Positions 8,877 through 18,869 of a stretch of 64,000 bases of DNA are shown here, piece by piece. Position numbers and translations under genes: made by a program. The notes below the pieces were generated by a model, which saw only the letters and a program-made list of their open reading frames with translations, was not told the origin of the DNA and searched no databases. This stretch comes from a virus. Location of the stretch: positions 44,107 through 108,106 of the IMG/VR virus record IMGVR_UViG_3300021405_000007; one strand, 5' to 3'. Each line of letters starts with the position of its first letter. The stretch's first letter is position 1.

Positions 8877-9641
8877 ATGGCCTCGAATGAAATTACATTC
8901 AAAATTAGTGATGAAATCAAGAAGTTAGGTCAAGACTTAGAAGCCTTAGCACCTAGAATTCGTGATGAGCTAAATGGCATTGTTGGAGATTTAGCAAAAG
9001 CTACCTACAATCAAATAGTGGCAAAAGCTCAAATGGAGCTTCATAGCACCAGATTAGACTACCTTAGAGGTTTACAATTTCAACAAGTTGGCCCTAATGA
9101 CTATATGATAAGTTTGGATGGTTTTTTTGCTAATTCATTAGAAGATGGTCGGCCACCTTATTCTTTGAATGAGGCGCTGCTCAAGTCAGCCAAAGAGGTA
9201 AGCACGGGTAGTAGAGCGGGTGAACCTTGGGTTCGAAAGAACAAACAAGGGAAGCGTTATGCGGCTGTACCATTTGAACAGTCTCAAATGAGAGTAGAAA
9301 TGGGTTTGCCTACTTTGAGAGTTACAAACCCTTTTACCGATAAAAAACAAAAGATAAATCAACTATTTAAAGATTTTGATAAAAATATAATTCAAGGAAA
9401 AGTAGGTAGTTTTAACATCCCTAGTGCACCTAACGAACTGCAAGGATTGACTAAATACCAACACACAAATAAAGAAACCGGCAAAACTAGAAGTACTTAC
9501 GTGACTTTTAGAATGATCAGTGAAAATGGTAAACAATGGACTCACCCCGGTTTTTCTGGACTTCATGCTTTCGAAGAAGCCATGAAAATGGTAGACGTCC
9601 AATTTGAAAAAATGCTAAATGAATTATTTGATAAAATATAA
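8877..9641 (+). CDS. tail completion / neck protein
   Basis: LHSTRLDYLRGL, LEDG..PY, Y.TFR.IS...W.HPG pattern; position; TATAAT at 8866-8871 could give a near-leaderless mRNA. Confidence 0.55.
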   Translation: MASNEITFKISDEIKKLGQDLEALAPRIRDELNGIVGDLAKATYNQIVAKAQMELHSTRLDYLRGLQFQQVGPNDYMISLDGFFANSLEDGRPPYSLNEALLKSAKEVSTGSRAGEPWVRKNKQGKRYAAVPFEQSQMRVEMGLPTLRVTNPFTDKKQKINQLFKDFDKNIIQGKVGSFNIPSAPNELQGLTKYQHTNKETGKTRSTYVTFRMISENGKQWTHPGFSGLHAFEEAMKMVDVQFEKMLNELFDKI

Positions 9642-9650
9642 GGTATTGAT

Positions 9651-10604
9651 ATGGCAATGATAATTCCAGAAATTATTTTACAAAGTATTATCGATGATGG
9701 TTTTACTGATATCAGAAATAACCCTGATACTTTTAGTGATGTTTTCGGTAGTTTAACTCGCGGTTTTGCAACAAGAAGATATGGTAATTCTGAAATTGCA
9801 AAAATTACCAAAATGGTACAAAATACTCAAATTCCAGTAGTTTTTAGCTACGGAATAGTTGAAGCGAATATCCCCTGTATAAGTATCCTTATTAATTCAG
9901 ATTTAGAAGATACTAATCGGTCTGGTATGTCTGACCATCTTGGATTCGCTGATATACCTTTTATAGACCCTTCTCAGTTAGCTGCTTTAGTCTATGCTGG
10001 CCCTTTTCAACCCACTTCCTATAATCCTTTATCCGGTCAAATTGTCATCCCAGACTCAGTAGATTTATCTCAGGTTTATGCCAACCTTTTGTTCGTAGAT
10101 AGCACCGGTACCGAATTCCCAATCTTAGGAGGTATTTCTGACACTGTTGGGAGTAAGCAGATCGTAATAGCCAAACAAGCTACTGTTAGCCTTAATCCCG
10201 GAGCGGTCATAAAATCTTCAATAGACTTTAGTCGAGTTGAAGTTAAAGCCAACACTGAGAATGTTTCTCTAATGGTGGGAGTGCACAGCAAAGACCCTTT
10301 AACCACTAAGTGGTTGTATACACTAGTAAAATACTTTCTTCTTTCTAGAAAAGAATCTTTAATTAAACGTGATTTCAATTTAGCTACTTATTCAGGTTCA
10401 GATTTTGCTAGGGACATGAATTACTCTGGAGATGCCGTTTTTACAAGATTTTTAACTGTTTCCGGCGTCATTCAGAATCAATGGAATTCTGAAAACATCG
10501 ATCTATTTGATAATGTTGAGATTAATCTACAAATTCCAAAAGATGTTTATGATAGCCAACAATTAGGAATAGAAGCCGACGAAACTATAAAAACAATTCT
10601 ATAA
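9651..10604 (+). CDS. tail terminator / neck-tail junction protein
   Basis: IPCISI motif, position just upstream of the sheath. Confidence 0.5.
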   Translation: MAMIIPEIILQSIIDDGFTDIRNNPDTFSDVFGSLTRGFATRRYGNSEIAKITKMVQNTQIPVVFSYGIVEANIPCISILINSDLEDTNRSGMSDHLGFADIPFIDPSQLAALVYAGPFQPTSYNPLSGQIVIPDSVDLSQVYANLLFVDSTGTEFPILGGISDTVGSKQIVIAKQATVSLNPGAVIKSSIDFSRVEVKANTENVSLMVGVHSKDPLTTKWLYTLVKYFLLSRKESLIKRDFNLATYSGSDFARDMNYSGDAVFTRFLTVSGVIQNQWNSENIDLFDNVEINLQIPKDVYDSQQLGIEADETIKTIL

Positions 10605-10614
10605 GACACGGGCA

Positions 10615-10623
10615 TGATATAAT
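10615..10623 (+). promoter_or_regulatory. extended -10 box TGATATAAT
   Basis: 51 nt upstream of 10674, head of the sheath operon. Confidence 0.5.
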
Positions 10624-10673
10624 TATTATGTTCTTGTCCCATATTATGTTAATAAATCCAAGAGATTGAATTA

Positions 10674-10919
10674 ATGGGAAAGAAATTGAAAAAAATAAAT
10701 CTAGATTCAAATGTTCTGGAATCTGAAGCGGTTGAGATTGTTCCTCAAATGATCAAAGTCTCTCCAATGATGACTTTTGAAGCTTGGTTCCAGAAAAAGG
10801 TTAAAGAAGGCAAACTTCAGGAATGGCAAACAAAAGCTGTGAGCATTTTCTTTAAGAAGCGAGGCTTAAAGGAAATAGAGTCTGAAGATCAATTCGATGA
10901 AATTTTCAAAATTTTTTAG
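10674..10919 (+). CDS. small pre-sheath protein
   Basis: ORF track; typical small gene before the tail sheath. Confidence 0.55.
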   Translation: MGKKLKKINLDSNVLESEAVEIVPQMIKVSPMMTFEAWFQKKVKEGKLQEWQTKAVSIFFKKRGLKEIESEDQFDEIFKIF

Positions 10920-10936
10920 ATTAAGGTATCAACAAA

Positions 10937-13084
10937 ATGGCTATTAAAACAAATTTCGGTGGAAGCACTATTTATCATCCAGGTGCTTATTCAAAATCGA
11001 TCACCAACCCAACTCCCGGCTCTAATGTTGTATCAACCGATACCCTATTTCTTATTGGTGAGGCCTCTGGTGGCCAACCAGGTTCAAGCGCTGGTATAGT
11101 GTTTTACCCAGCTTCAGCTGCTTCCCAAATTCAATCTATTTATCAATCCGGCCCTATTGTAGACGCAATCATGAATTGTTTAGCTCCCCTGAAACTATCA
11201 GGCGGTGGTGGTCCGGGTTTAATTGGTATATATAAAACCAACGCATCTGTGCAAGCATCTCTATCATTAGCTAGTTCTTACGCTACCTTAAAAGCTTTAG
11301 ATTACGGCGTAAATGGAAACAGGATCACTGCTAAAATTATTGTTTCTGCAGAAGTATCTCCAGCAGTAACTGGTTCAGCAGCAGTAACTAACTTTGGTGG
11401 TTTAAACACTGAAACTTTAGTAATTAGAACAAATGGTGCAGCTTCAGTCACAGTTACATTCTCTTCTCCTGCAAGTATTGCTGATGTGATTTCTCAAATC
11501 AATTCTCAAGACACCCAAGTAACAGCGAGTCAAGTTGGTGGAATTCTTACGATTACCAAAAATACATCGGCTAATCATAATAGGGATGGTTTTGGTTCTA
11601 CTATTGAAATTGTTAGCGGTTCTGCCTTAGGCCTTTTGTTTCTAACAGCTGGTCAATTTGGAGTAGCCGCTTCAGAACAAACCGCAACCGTAACCTTAGC
11701 AAGTTCTGCTATTAATGTAACTGAAACTGATGTAGAAGGCGGAGCAATCGCTCTATCTATCGGTAGAACTAATGCTAGTTCTTGTACAGCTGCAACAGTT
11801 CAAGTCAGTTCAACTAGTTTGGTGCTTACCGCAACGGGTTCAACTTCTTATAACTTTACCTTAAGCCAATACCCTTTAATTAAAGATTTAGTAGCAGCTA
11901 TTAATAACGTAGCTGGAGGTTGGTCTGTAACTGCTAATGCAACCTTACAAAGTCTACCGTCATCAGCACTTGATGAAATGACCATTGGAGCATTTTCTGA
12001 AGCTGGTAACCAACCTGCTAGGATTAAAATTGATGCTTATTCAATGTCTCACGCTTTTGATTCATCCCAATTAGTTTCTATTGCCATGACTGCAGTAGCT
12101 GGTTTACCAGACCAACTTTCTCCTGCTGCTAGTTTAGCTGGTGGATTGTTGGGTGCAAGCGCTTCTTCTGACTTCGAAAATGCTTTAACTTTATCTTTAT
12201 CCGAAGACGTAAATGTTATCGTTCCTTTAATTAGCCAAGATGCTTCGGCTGACATCAGTATGGGTGTAACTGACTCTAGTTCTACTTACGATGTAGAAGC
12301 TGTTCAAGCAGCCCTTTCTTCTAACTTGGCATTACGCGGCAATATTAAAAATCGTCGCGAAGCTCAAGGGGTTGTAGGATACAGAGTTAATACTGCAGCT
12401 GCTATGTATGCCCAAGCAGCTTTGTTAGCCGATTCCAATACTCAATTAGTTGGACAGGATGTTTTAGTAGTAGATTCAACTGGTAATCTAAATTATAAAC
12501 AACCACACATCTTAGCTGCAATGATTGCAGGTGCTCGTTTAGGTGTTGATATCGGTGAACCTTTAACTTACAAATTCATTGCAGTTTCAGCAGTGGGTCA
12601 TTTTGTTAATCCATCTACTGGTGTTTCTGGTGGTGATTTCAACCCAGTAATCGATGGTGATGCAGCTATCCAAGCCGGGGTTACTTATTTGGAACCAGCT
12701 CAAGGAGCTTTCCGAATAGCAGTAGACAATACTACTTACGGTGCAGATGCTAATTTTGTTTACAATCGTGGTTCAGTGGTACAAGCTGCTCAATACATTG
12801 CTAAAACGATCCGTAATGATGCTGAACTTACTTTCGTAGGTAAGAAAACTTCAATCGTTGATGCTAATGCCATTAAATCAAGAATTTCAACAATATTACG
12901 TCAATTATTAGTAGCTCAAATTATAGTCCCTTCAACTGGTTATCCTTTGGGTTATAATACTGACACTTTTACCGTACAAGTTGTTGGAAACACAGCTAGC
13001 GTTCAACTCGAAGTATTCCCAGTACTTGGCCTCGACTTTGTGCTGATTACTTTTACGTTATCGGAAGCTACTTCTAACGCTTAA
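10937..13084 (+). CDS. tail sheath protein
   Basis: N-term FGG.TIYHPGAYS, LIGEASGG.P, A.DYG..GN.I, C-term GEPLTYK...GVTYLE...DNTTY...FVG...V.PV..LDFV.ITF. Confidence 0.9.
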   Translation: MAIKTNFGGSTIYHPGAYSKSITNPTPGSNVVSTDTLFLIGEASGGQPGSSAGIVFYPASAASQIQSIYQSGPIVDAIMNCLAPLKLSGGGGPGLIGIYKTNASVQASLSLASSYATLKALDYGVNGNRITAKIIVSAEVSPAVTGSAAVTNFGGLNTETLVIRTNGAASVTVTFSSPASIADVISQINSQDTQVTASQVGGILTITKNTSANHNRDGFGSTIEIVSGSALGLLFLTAGQFGVAASEQTATVTLASSAINVTETDVEGGAIALSIGRTNASSCTAATVQVSSTSLVLTATGSTSYNFTLSQYPLIKDLVAAINNVAGGWSVTANATLQSLPSSALDEMTIGAFSEAGNQPARIKIDAYSMSHAFDSSQLVSIAMTAVAGLPDQLSPAASLAGGLLGASASSDFENALTLSLSEDVNVIVPLISQDASADISMGVTDSSSTYDVEAVQAALSSNLALRGNIKNRREAQGVVGYRVNTAAAMYAQAALLADSNTQLVGQDVLVVDSTGNLNYKQPHILAAMIAGARLGVDIGEPLTYKFIAVSAVGHFVNPSTGVSGGDFNPVIDGDAAIQAGVTYLEPAQGAFRIAVDNTTYGADANFVYNRGSVVQAAQYIAKTIRNDAELTFVGKKTSIVDANAIKSRISTILRQLLVAQIIVPSTGYPLGYNTDTFTVQVVGNTASVQLEVFPVLGLDFVLITFTLSEATSNA

Positions 13085-13095
13085 GGAATTGTTGA

Positions 13096-13638
13096 ATGAG
13101 CGATAAACTCATAGATTGGGATGCGATACGAGTACCTCTAGACTTTAATAAAGCTAAAAAAGCTAGAGGTGAATACTCTTCTTACAGAGAGTTAGTAGCA
13201 AAATCTCAAGAAATGATGGTAAAAGCTCAACAAGCACAAGAACTTAGAAAAGCTCAAGAATTAGAACTGAAACCAAAGTTGATAGATAGATTGGTTAACC
13301 GCACTCCAATCACTGTTATGAGATCTTTTCAAAATCCCACTGAGACCGCTAACGGTATGGTGAACGATGAAGAAGATGACGGATTTTATACAGTAGTTAA
13401 AAGTAGTAATAATGGTAGTGGAATTAGATTTCAAGAAGTGATGGAAACGATTCCAGCTGGAGAAGTGCTCCAATTTAAAACGTTAGAAAAGACTCTAGGA
13501 CAATTAATATTTAAAAGTAAGTCAGGTCGAGAATATTGCATATATAAAGATCCAACAGTTATGTTTCAGGGACAAACGATAGATAATCCAGCATACTGGG
13601 GACTTATTTTTAACTGTGATTTGAATAAAGAAATTTAA
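13096..13638 (+). CDS. hypothetical virion protein with several hydrophobic-x-K-[SA] sites
   Basis: FNKA, VAKS, MVKA, LRKA, VVKS, IFKS; between sheath and tube. Confidence 0.55.
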   Translation: MSDKLIDWDAIRVPLDFNKAKKARGEYSSYRELVAKSQEMMVKAQQAQELRKAQELELKPKLIDRLVNRTPITVMRSFQNPTETANGMVNDEEDDGFYTVVKSSNNGSGIRFQEVMETIPAGEVLQFKTLEKTLGQLIFKSKSGREYCIYKDPTVMFQGQTIDNPAYWGLIFNCDLNKEI

Positions 13639-13649
13639 GGAGATAAAAA

Positions 13650-14090
13650 ATGGCAAGAATTTTAACGGGTTCCAAAGCGCAGATTAGAATCAATGGAAAC
13701 ATCGTTGCATTCGCATCAAACGTTTCTGTTGACTATGATTATGCATTGGCTAATGCAGATATCTTAGGACAATTGGAAACAGGCGATCTTGCGGAAGTTG
13801 GACATACTGCGAGGGCTACTTGCGATCACTTCATGCTCGTAGATCAAAGTTTTGCTTCTACTGCAGTAGAACTTGGTTTTGAAAATGCAATTCTTTCAGC
13901 AATGAGAGACCAAGCATACTTCGATATCGAAATCTTTGATACCACCAATAACAATGAAATTCGCATGAAATTAGGTGACTGCAAATTTGCTGGCGGTAGT
14001 GGTAGAATGGCTTCTCGTGACATGTTTACTGGTACTTGGAACTTCACAGCTAGGTTCGTCGAACACACTAGTGCTCGCGCTGGTTTATAA
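13650..14090 (+). CDS. tail tube protein
   Basis: AAGGAG RBS, 146 aa, ILTGSKAQIRING...LGQLE, FDIEIFD...CKF; follows the sheath. Confidence 0.8.
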   Translation: MARILTGSKAQIRINGNIVAFASNVSVDYDYALANADILGQLETGDLAEVGHTARATCDHFMLVDQSFASTAVELGFENAILSAMRDQAYFDIEIFDTTNNNEIRMKLGDCKFAGGSGRMASRDMFTGTWNFTARFVEHTSARAGL

Positions 14091-14138
14091 CCTAAATACT
14101 TGAAATAATTAGTCATTTAACTTTTGAAGGAGGGCTTT

Positions 14139-14372
14139 ATGCCAGACCAAAAACCTACTAAGCTTAAGATCTACAATAAAAAACCAGGTCAGATCTCTTC
14201 TGGCTCAAACACTGCTATAGAAGTTGACGGTAAATTATTACCTCACGTAACTTTCATTAAAATTGAACTAAAACCCAATAAATTAGCAAAAGTTACCATG
14301 GAACTACTTCTAGATATGGAGAGCGTAGATCTAGAAGTAGAGTCATCTACTTTGAAGTGTTTAAGGTCATAA
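14139..14372 (+). CDS. small hypothetical protein
   Basis: AAGGAGG RBS before ATG 14139 (track start 14124). Confidence 0.55.
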   Translation: MPDQKPTKLKIYNKKPGQISSGSNTAIEVDGKLLPHVTFIKIELKPNKLAKVTMELLLDMESVDLEVESSTLKCLRS

Positions 14373-14375
14373 GAA

Positions 14376-15200
14376 GTGGCTCTTGAAAAAACATTTAGGA
14401 GTGTCCCACCCCAAGCGTTCACTGCAGATGGTACTTCCAATGGTATTGTAAAAATTGCTGATACTACATCTTTTAAGATTGGTCAGCATGTTAGAGTTCA
14501 AGCTGTTGGTCAATCTGATCTTATAGTTAAAATTACTGATATCACAGATATAAACACGATTATGGTAGATGCTAATATAAGCCTCTACACTTTAATTGAT
14601 TCTGCTAGTATTAGTGCAGCAGCTCAAAGACGCTCGATAGTTGGCTCTATAGATGTGCTAAGAGCGGTATATTCGGAAGCCCCAACAGTAGCATTTAGAA
14701 CTACTTTGGTTGATCAATTAGGTAATAGCTATAATGATAGTAATCCCTTACCGATGGCCTTCGATGGCACTATCAATATAGGCGATGTAACGATCACCGA
14801 TGGGACAAATGATTTAAAGGTAAACTCTGATGGTTCCATAAATGTAGTAACCGAGTCTATAGCGGGCGCAGTTACCAATATTTTTTCTCAGATTTCTTCC
14901 CTAGTAGCTAACTCTCAAACTCAAATTTTAAGTTATACCGTACCTATATCTCAGACTTTTCTTTTGGCTGAAGTAGAAGTAAGCGGGACTAATATTGCCG
15001 TTTACGAGGTCTATATAGGCGGGGTTTTGCAAGCTCGGAGAAGAACCTATTTTGGGGGTTCTTTATCCGATGAGTTTAATTTTACTGCCGGTAGTGGCCC
15101 TTTAATGATTGCCTCGGGAGGTATAATTAGTGTGAAAGTAACACACATGCGTCCTGACGTTGGTGATTTTGAGGCTAGATTATTAGGCGTACTTCAATAA
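14376..15200 (+). CDS. virion structural/decoration protein
   Basis: N-domain paralogous to 83..505; C-terminal beta-sandwich similar to that of 15425..16507. Confidence 0.6.
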   Translation: MALEKTFRSVPPQAFTADGTSNGIVKIADTTSFKIGQHVRVQAVGQSDLIVKITDITDINTIMVDANISLYTLIDSASISAAAQRRSIVGSIDVLRAVYSEAPTVAFRTTLVDQLGNSYNDSNPLPMAFDGTINIGDVTITDGTNDLKVNSDGSINVVTESIAGAVTNIFSQISSLVANSQTQILSYTVPISQTFLLAEVEVSGTNIAVYEVYIGGVLQARRRTYFGGSLSDEFNFTAGSGPLMIASGGIISVKVTHMRPDVGDFEARLLGVLQ

Positions 15201-15215
15201 CAATTAAGGTATCTT

Positions 15216-15398
15216 ATGCTTCCTCTAGATTTAAAAAGAATAAAACTTGAATTAGTTAAGGTGGCGGCTGCAAGAGCTGAACTTGAGTTCAGAATTGAAG
15301 AGCGCTTAGACGATATCGAAAGAATAAAAGCTAACATTCAAATTCAATTAGATAAAGAATCAGAATTACAAAAAAAGATAGCAGAAGCTTCAGTTTAA
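15216..15398 (+). CDS. small coiled-coil protein (possible fibre chaperone)
   Basis: heptad pattern, AAGGTAT leader. Confidence 0.55.
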   Translation: MLPLDLKRIKLELVKVAAARAELEFRIEERLDDIERIKANIQIQLDKESELQKKIAEASV

Positions 15399-15424
15399 AC
15401 AAATGTTTTTTATAAGGTATCGAT

Positions 15425-16507
15425 ATGTCAGACTTTAATAGTAGCCTTCCGGTACGCACCCAAAGCGCCGGCGACGTAATTGCCAAAATCTCAGACGCTA
15501 CAACCCCATCACAGCAATTAGCTGTCGATGTTACCGGTAAGATAACAGTAAAAATAGACGACGCTTCTGGCTCTGGTTTAACTTCACAAGTAAATGGTAC
15601 TCAACAAGCTTTAGATGTTGGTATCAACGTTTCCGGTGTCCAAATTGATCCGCGAAATCAAGGCTCTGCTGCTGCAACCCATGCTAGTCCTTGGTGGGTT
15701 CGACTAACAGATGGTACTAATGACTCTTCTTTATTAGCTACTGGCGAACTCAAGGTATCGGTGACTCAGTTACTAACTGAAGATCATAACTATGGAGCAG
15801 TTGGTGCAAGCACGCTTAGAGTAGCTGCTCAAATTGGTAATGCTACTGGAGCAGCCAGTTTTGGGGGAGGTGCCACTAGTGCTCAAACTCTTAGAACTTC
15901 AGCCAATTTAAGTGATGGTGCCGGTACAGCTTTGACCTCTTCTTTGGTCAACTCTAAACAACGATTAGATGTTGGCTTAGCTGCTGAGGGAGTAACTGGT
16001 GCTGCTGTTCCTTTTGATTCAGTTCAAATTGGTGGTTCAGATGGAACAGACCTAAGAACGTGGTCAATGTTTTCCTCTGGTATTGGTAAAGTTGGCATTT
16101 TTGACTCCCTAGGGAATGCTTTTAGCATAAGTAACCCGTTACCTGTAACTGTTGATACGGTTATTGGTAGCTCAGTTAATGACTTCAAGGATGCTTCTTC
16201 AATCGCTGCAAGTTCTAGTGACAACCACGACTACACCGTAACTGCTGGCAAAACTCTAACTTTAGATCAAATTGAATCAGCAGCTTCTGGTAAAGCTAAA
16301 ATGCAAGTTCAAATTGAAACCGGAGTTGCGACAGGGGTATTCAATGCTAAATTTACCCAATTTAACTCAACTGCAACCCCTAGCATGAGTGTAAAACTGT
16401 CTGACCCTATTCAAGTAGCAGCAGGCGTAAGAGTTCGAATTGTAATGACAAACTTAGATGTTAATGCAATGGATTTATATTCAACTGTATCGGGTACAGA
16501 AAATTAA
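15425..16507 (+). CDS. fibre/decoration protein
   Basis: S/T/G/A-rich shaft plus C-terminal YTV.AG.TL.L..IE.. beta-sandwich. Confidence 0.6.
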   Translation: MSDFNSSLPVRTQSAGDVIAKISDATTPSQQLAVDVTGKITVKIDDASGSGLTSQVNGTQQALDVGINVSGVQIDPRNQGSAAATHASPWWVRLTDGTNDSSLLATGELKVSVTQLLTEDHNYGAVGASTLRVAAQIGNATGAASFGGGATSAQTLRTSANLSDGAGTALTSSLVNSKQRLDVGLAAEGVTGAAVPFDSVQIGGSDGTDLRTWSMFSSGIGKVGIFDSLGNAFSISNPLPVTVDTVIGSSVNDFKDASSIAASSSDNHDYTVTAGKTLTLDQIESAASGKAKMQVQIETGVATGVFNAKFTQFNSTATPSMSVKLSDPIQVAAGVRVRIVMTNLDVNAMDLYSTVSGTEN

Positions 16508-16517
16508 AGGGTAAATC

Positions 16518-18869
16518 TTGGCTGATCTATCTTACATTCAATCTACTCAAGAAGTTAAAATTGCTGGACAAGATGCAACTGGCCATAATGTTAACTTCGT
16601 TGGTGCCGATACCAATGGCAATATGCTGGTTAAAGATTTTGCTGATGGCACGACTGGCTCTGTAACGCCTGCTACTGCGATACAAATAGGCGTTAAAAAT
16701 GTAGCCGGTAATCTACAAGCTCCCTCCTTGGATCGGAATGGCTTTTTAAGTACTACTATAAATACGGATAAATCCGTTTTCGGACCATTGATCACTTTAT
16801 CAAGGGTGCAACAATTATCTGCAGATTTTTCCCAAACAGTTGCTGCTAATAATTTATCACAAACAGTAACGGGAACCGGAGTAATAGCTCTTTCAAACTC
16901 CAATGCAACGATATCTAGTGGAACGGGCGCTACATCCTCAGCACAACTCCAAACGATAGGATCTATAAACTATTCCCCTGGTAGAGAAATTTATACTCAA
17001 TTCACGGCTGCTTTTACTTCACCTACTAGTGCTGCAAGTACCCAATATACAGGTCTTTATAATGGAACCGATGGTTTATTAATTGGGTATAACGGTCTTA
17101 ATTTTGGTATAGCAAGTGTTGCAGGGGGATCTCTAACCTTTGTCTCCTCAGCTTCTTTCAATTTAGATACTTTAGCCGGCGCTGCAACGTCTTTATTCAC
17201 TCGGGCTGGTACTCCAGAGGCGGTGAACTTTACTTTAAAAAATGTTTATAGAATTCGTGCCGGATGGTTAGGTGCCGCCCCAATATATTACGAGATTCTT
17301 TCTCCTGATGGAAATTGGGTAACTTTTCACATAATACGTCAACCAAATAGCTCAGTAAATCCAGCATTTTTACAGCCATCCTTGCCAATTACGATGTTGG
17401 TTACAAAAACTGCCTCGGATAGTACGAATTTAGTTATTACGACTACTTCCTGGGATGCGGGCATTGTCGACGTATCTTCAGGTGTTGATATCAGCAATAA
17501 TGGCACCATTTCAGTACTAAATGGAGCAGTGTTAATTAACACCGAGGAACGTTCAACTGTAGTTATGGACGTTACCGGTACTTGGTCCGGAACTTTACAA
17601 ATTCAAGGAGATGTTGGTGATAGTACTTGGAATGCTATATATGGTATTAACACCAATGCTGTTTCCGCTCAAAATTACACAGCCAATGCAACAATAATAG
17701 TTCCTTGCGCAGGTTTTGCTTCTATAAGAGTTATAGCCACTGCTTGGAGTTCCGGAACTGCTAATGTTAACTGGGTCGCTACACAAGGTATACAAGGTGT
17801 ATTAGCTCAAAGTGTGGGGAATATAGCATCTGGACAGCCGGATATTGGTAATCCTATCAAGATAGGGGGGGTTTACAATTCAACCTTGCCTGTAGTCTCC
17901 ACTGGAAGCAGAGTAGACTTGCAGGTTGATGCTAATGGTAGGTTAAAACTAGCAGGATCTAGCTATTTTCATCCTATTTTCTCCGTAAGAGTTCAAAATG
18001 TATCAGCTGTTACGACCATTCTTTCTACCTCCCTAACTGCAACCATTAGTGCCACAAAAGCGGGAAACACCATAATTGTGGCCGCATGCTGCAATGCTGG
18101 CACCCTAACTATAGCAGATAGTGCGTCACAGACTTACTCAACAGCGACAACGTTAGCTGGAAACGGCACCCAAACTTCTAAAATATTCTATTTTCCTAAT
18201 ACGGCTGCAGGGGTAACCACGGTAACTATTTCTTCGACCTCTTCTACTGACCTAAACTTAGTAGTAGCTGAATATTCGGGAGTTTTGACTGCTTCTCCTT
18301 TAGATCAGACTTCTACCCACGGTCAAACAGCTTCCACTTCTTGGACTAGTAATTCTACTCCAGCTACGGCTCAAGCTTCAGAATTGCTAATCGGTAACTG
18401 CATGGGGACTTTGCATAATAATACAACCTTCACTCCGGCTACTGGATGGAATTCCATAAGTACAGCATTAAGTACTAGGGGTGGTGCTAATTTAGAACTA
18501 TTTATGGCTGATCAATATGTACTAGCAACAGGCACATATGCTTTTACCGGGACGACTAGTCAGAGTGATGATGAGTATGCTGCTATAGCTACTTTTAAAT
18601 TCGCTACCCCAAACATGATTGTGCCGGTCAATACAGCCGCACTAATAAAGTCGGGCGCGGGAATACTCAGAAAAATTACTGTTAATACAATCGGAACAGG
18701 CTCTGCAAGTGTAACTATTTATGATAATACCACTAATTCTGGAACTATTGTGGCGACTCTGGCTTTAACATCTGCAATTGGATCAGTGGAATATAATTTG
18801 AATTATGCAACTGGGCTGACGATAGTAGTCAATTCAACTACAGCTGACCTTACGGTGATATATGACTAA
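16518..18869 (+). CDS. large fibre/appendage protein with lectin-like domains
   Basis: T/S/G-rich; WLG..PI..EI...G.W..FH lectin-like motif; shares two domains with 18862..20112. Confidence 0.6.
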   Translation: MADLSYIQSTQEVKIAGQDATGHNVNFVGADTNGNMLVKDFADGTTGSVTPATAIQIGVKNVAGNLQAPSLDRNGFLSTTINTDKSVFGPLITLSRVQQLSADFSQTVAANNLSQTVTGTGVIALSNSNATISSGTGATSSAQLQTIGSINYSPGREIYTQFTAAFTSPTSAASTQYTGLYNGTDGLLIGYNGLNFGIASVAGGSLTFVSSASFNLDTLAGAATSLFTRAGTPEAVNFTLKNVYRIRAGWLGAAPIYYEILSPDGNWVTFHIIRQPNSSVNPAFLQPSLPITMLVTKTASDSTNLVITTTSWDAGIVDVSSGVDISNNGTISVLNGAVLINTEERSTVVMDVTGTWSGTLQIQGDVGDSTWNAIYGINTNAVSAQNYTANATIIVPCAGFASIRVIATAWSSGTANVNWVATQGIQGVLAQSVGNIASGQPDIGNPIKIGGVYNSTLPVVSTGSRVDLQVDANGRLKLAGSSYFHPIFSVRVQNVSAVTTILSTSLTATISATKAGNTIIVAACCNAGTLTIADSASQTYSTATTLAGNGTQTSKIFYFPNTAAGVTTVTISSTSSTDLNLVVAEYSGVLTASPLDQTSTHGQTASTSWTSNSTPATAQASELLIGNCMGTLHNNTTFTPATGWNSISTALSTRGGANLELFMADQYVLATGTYAFTGTTSQSDDEYAAIATFKFATPNMIVPVNTAALIKSGAGILRKITVNTIGTGSASVTIYDNTTNSGTIVATLALTSAIGSVEYNLNYATGLTIVVNSTTADLTVIYD

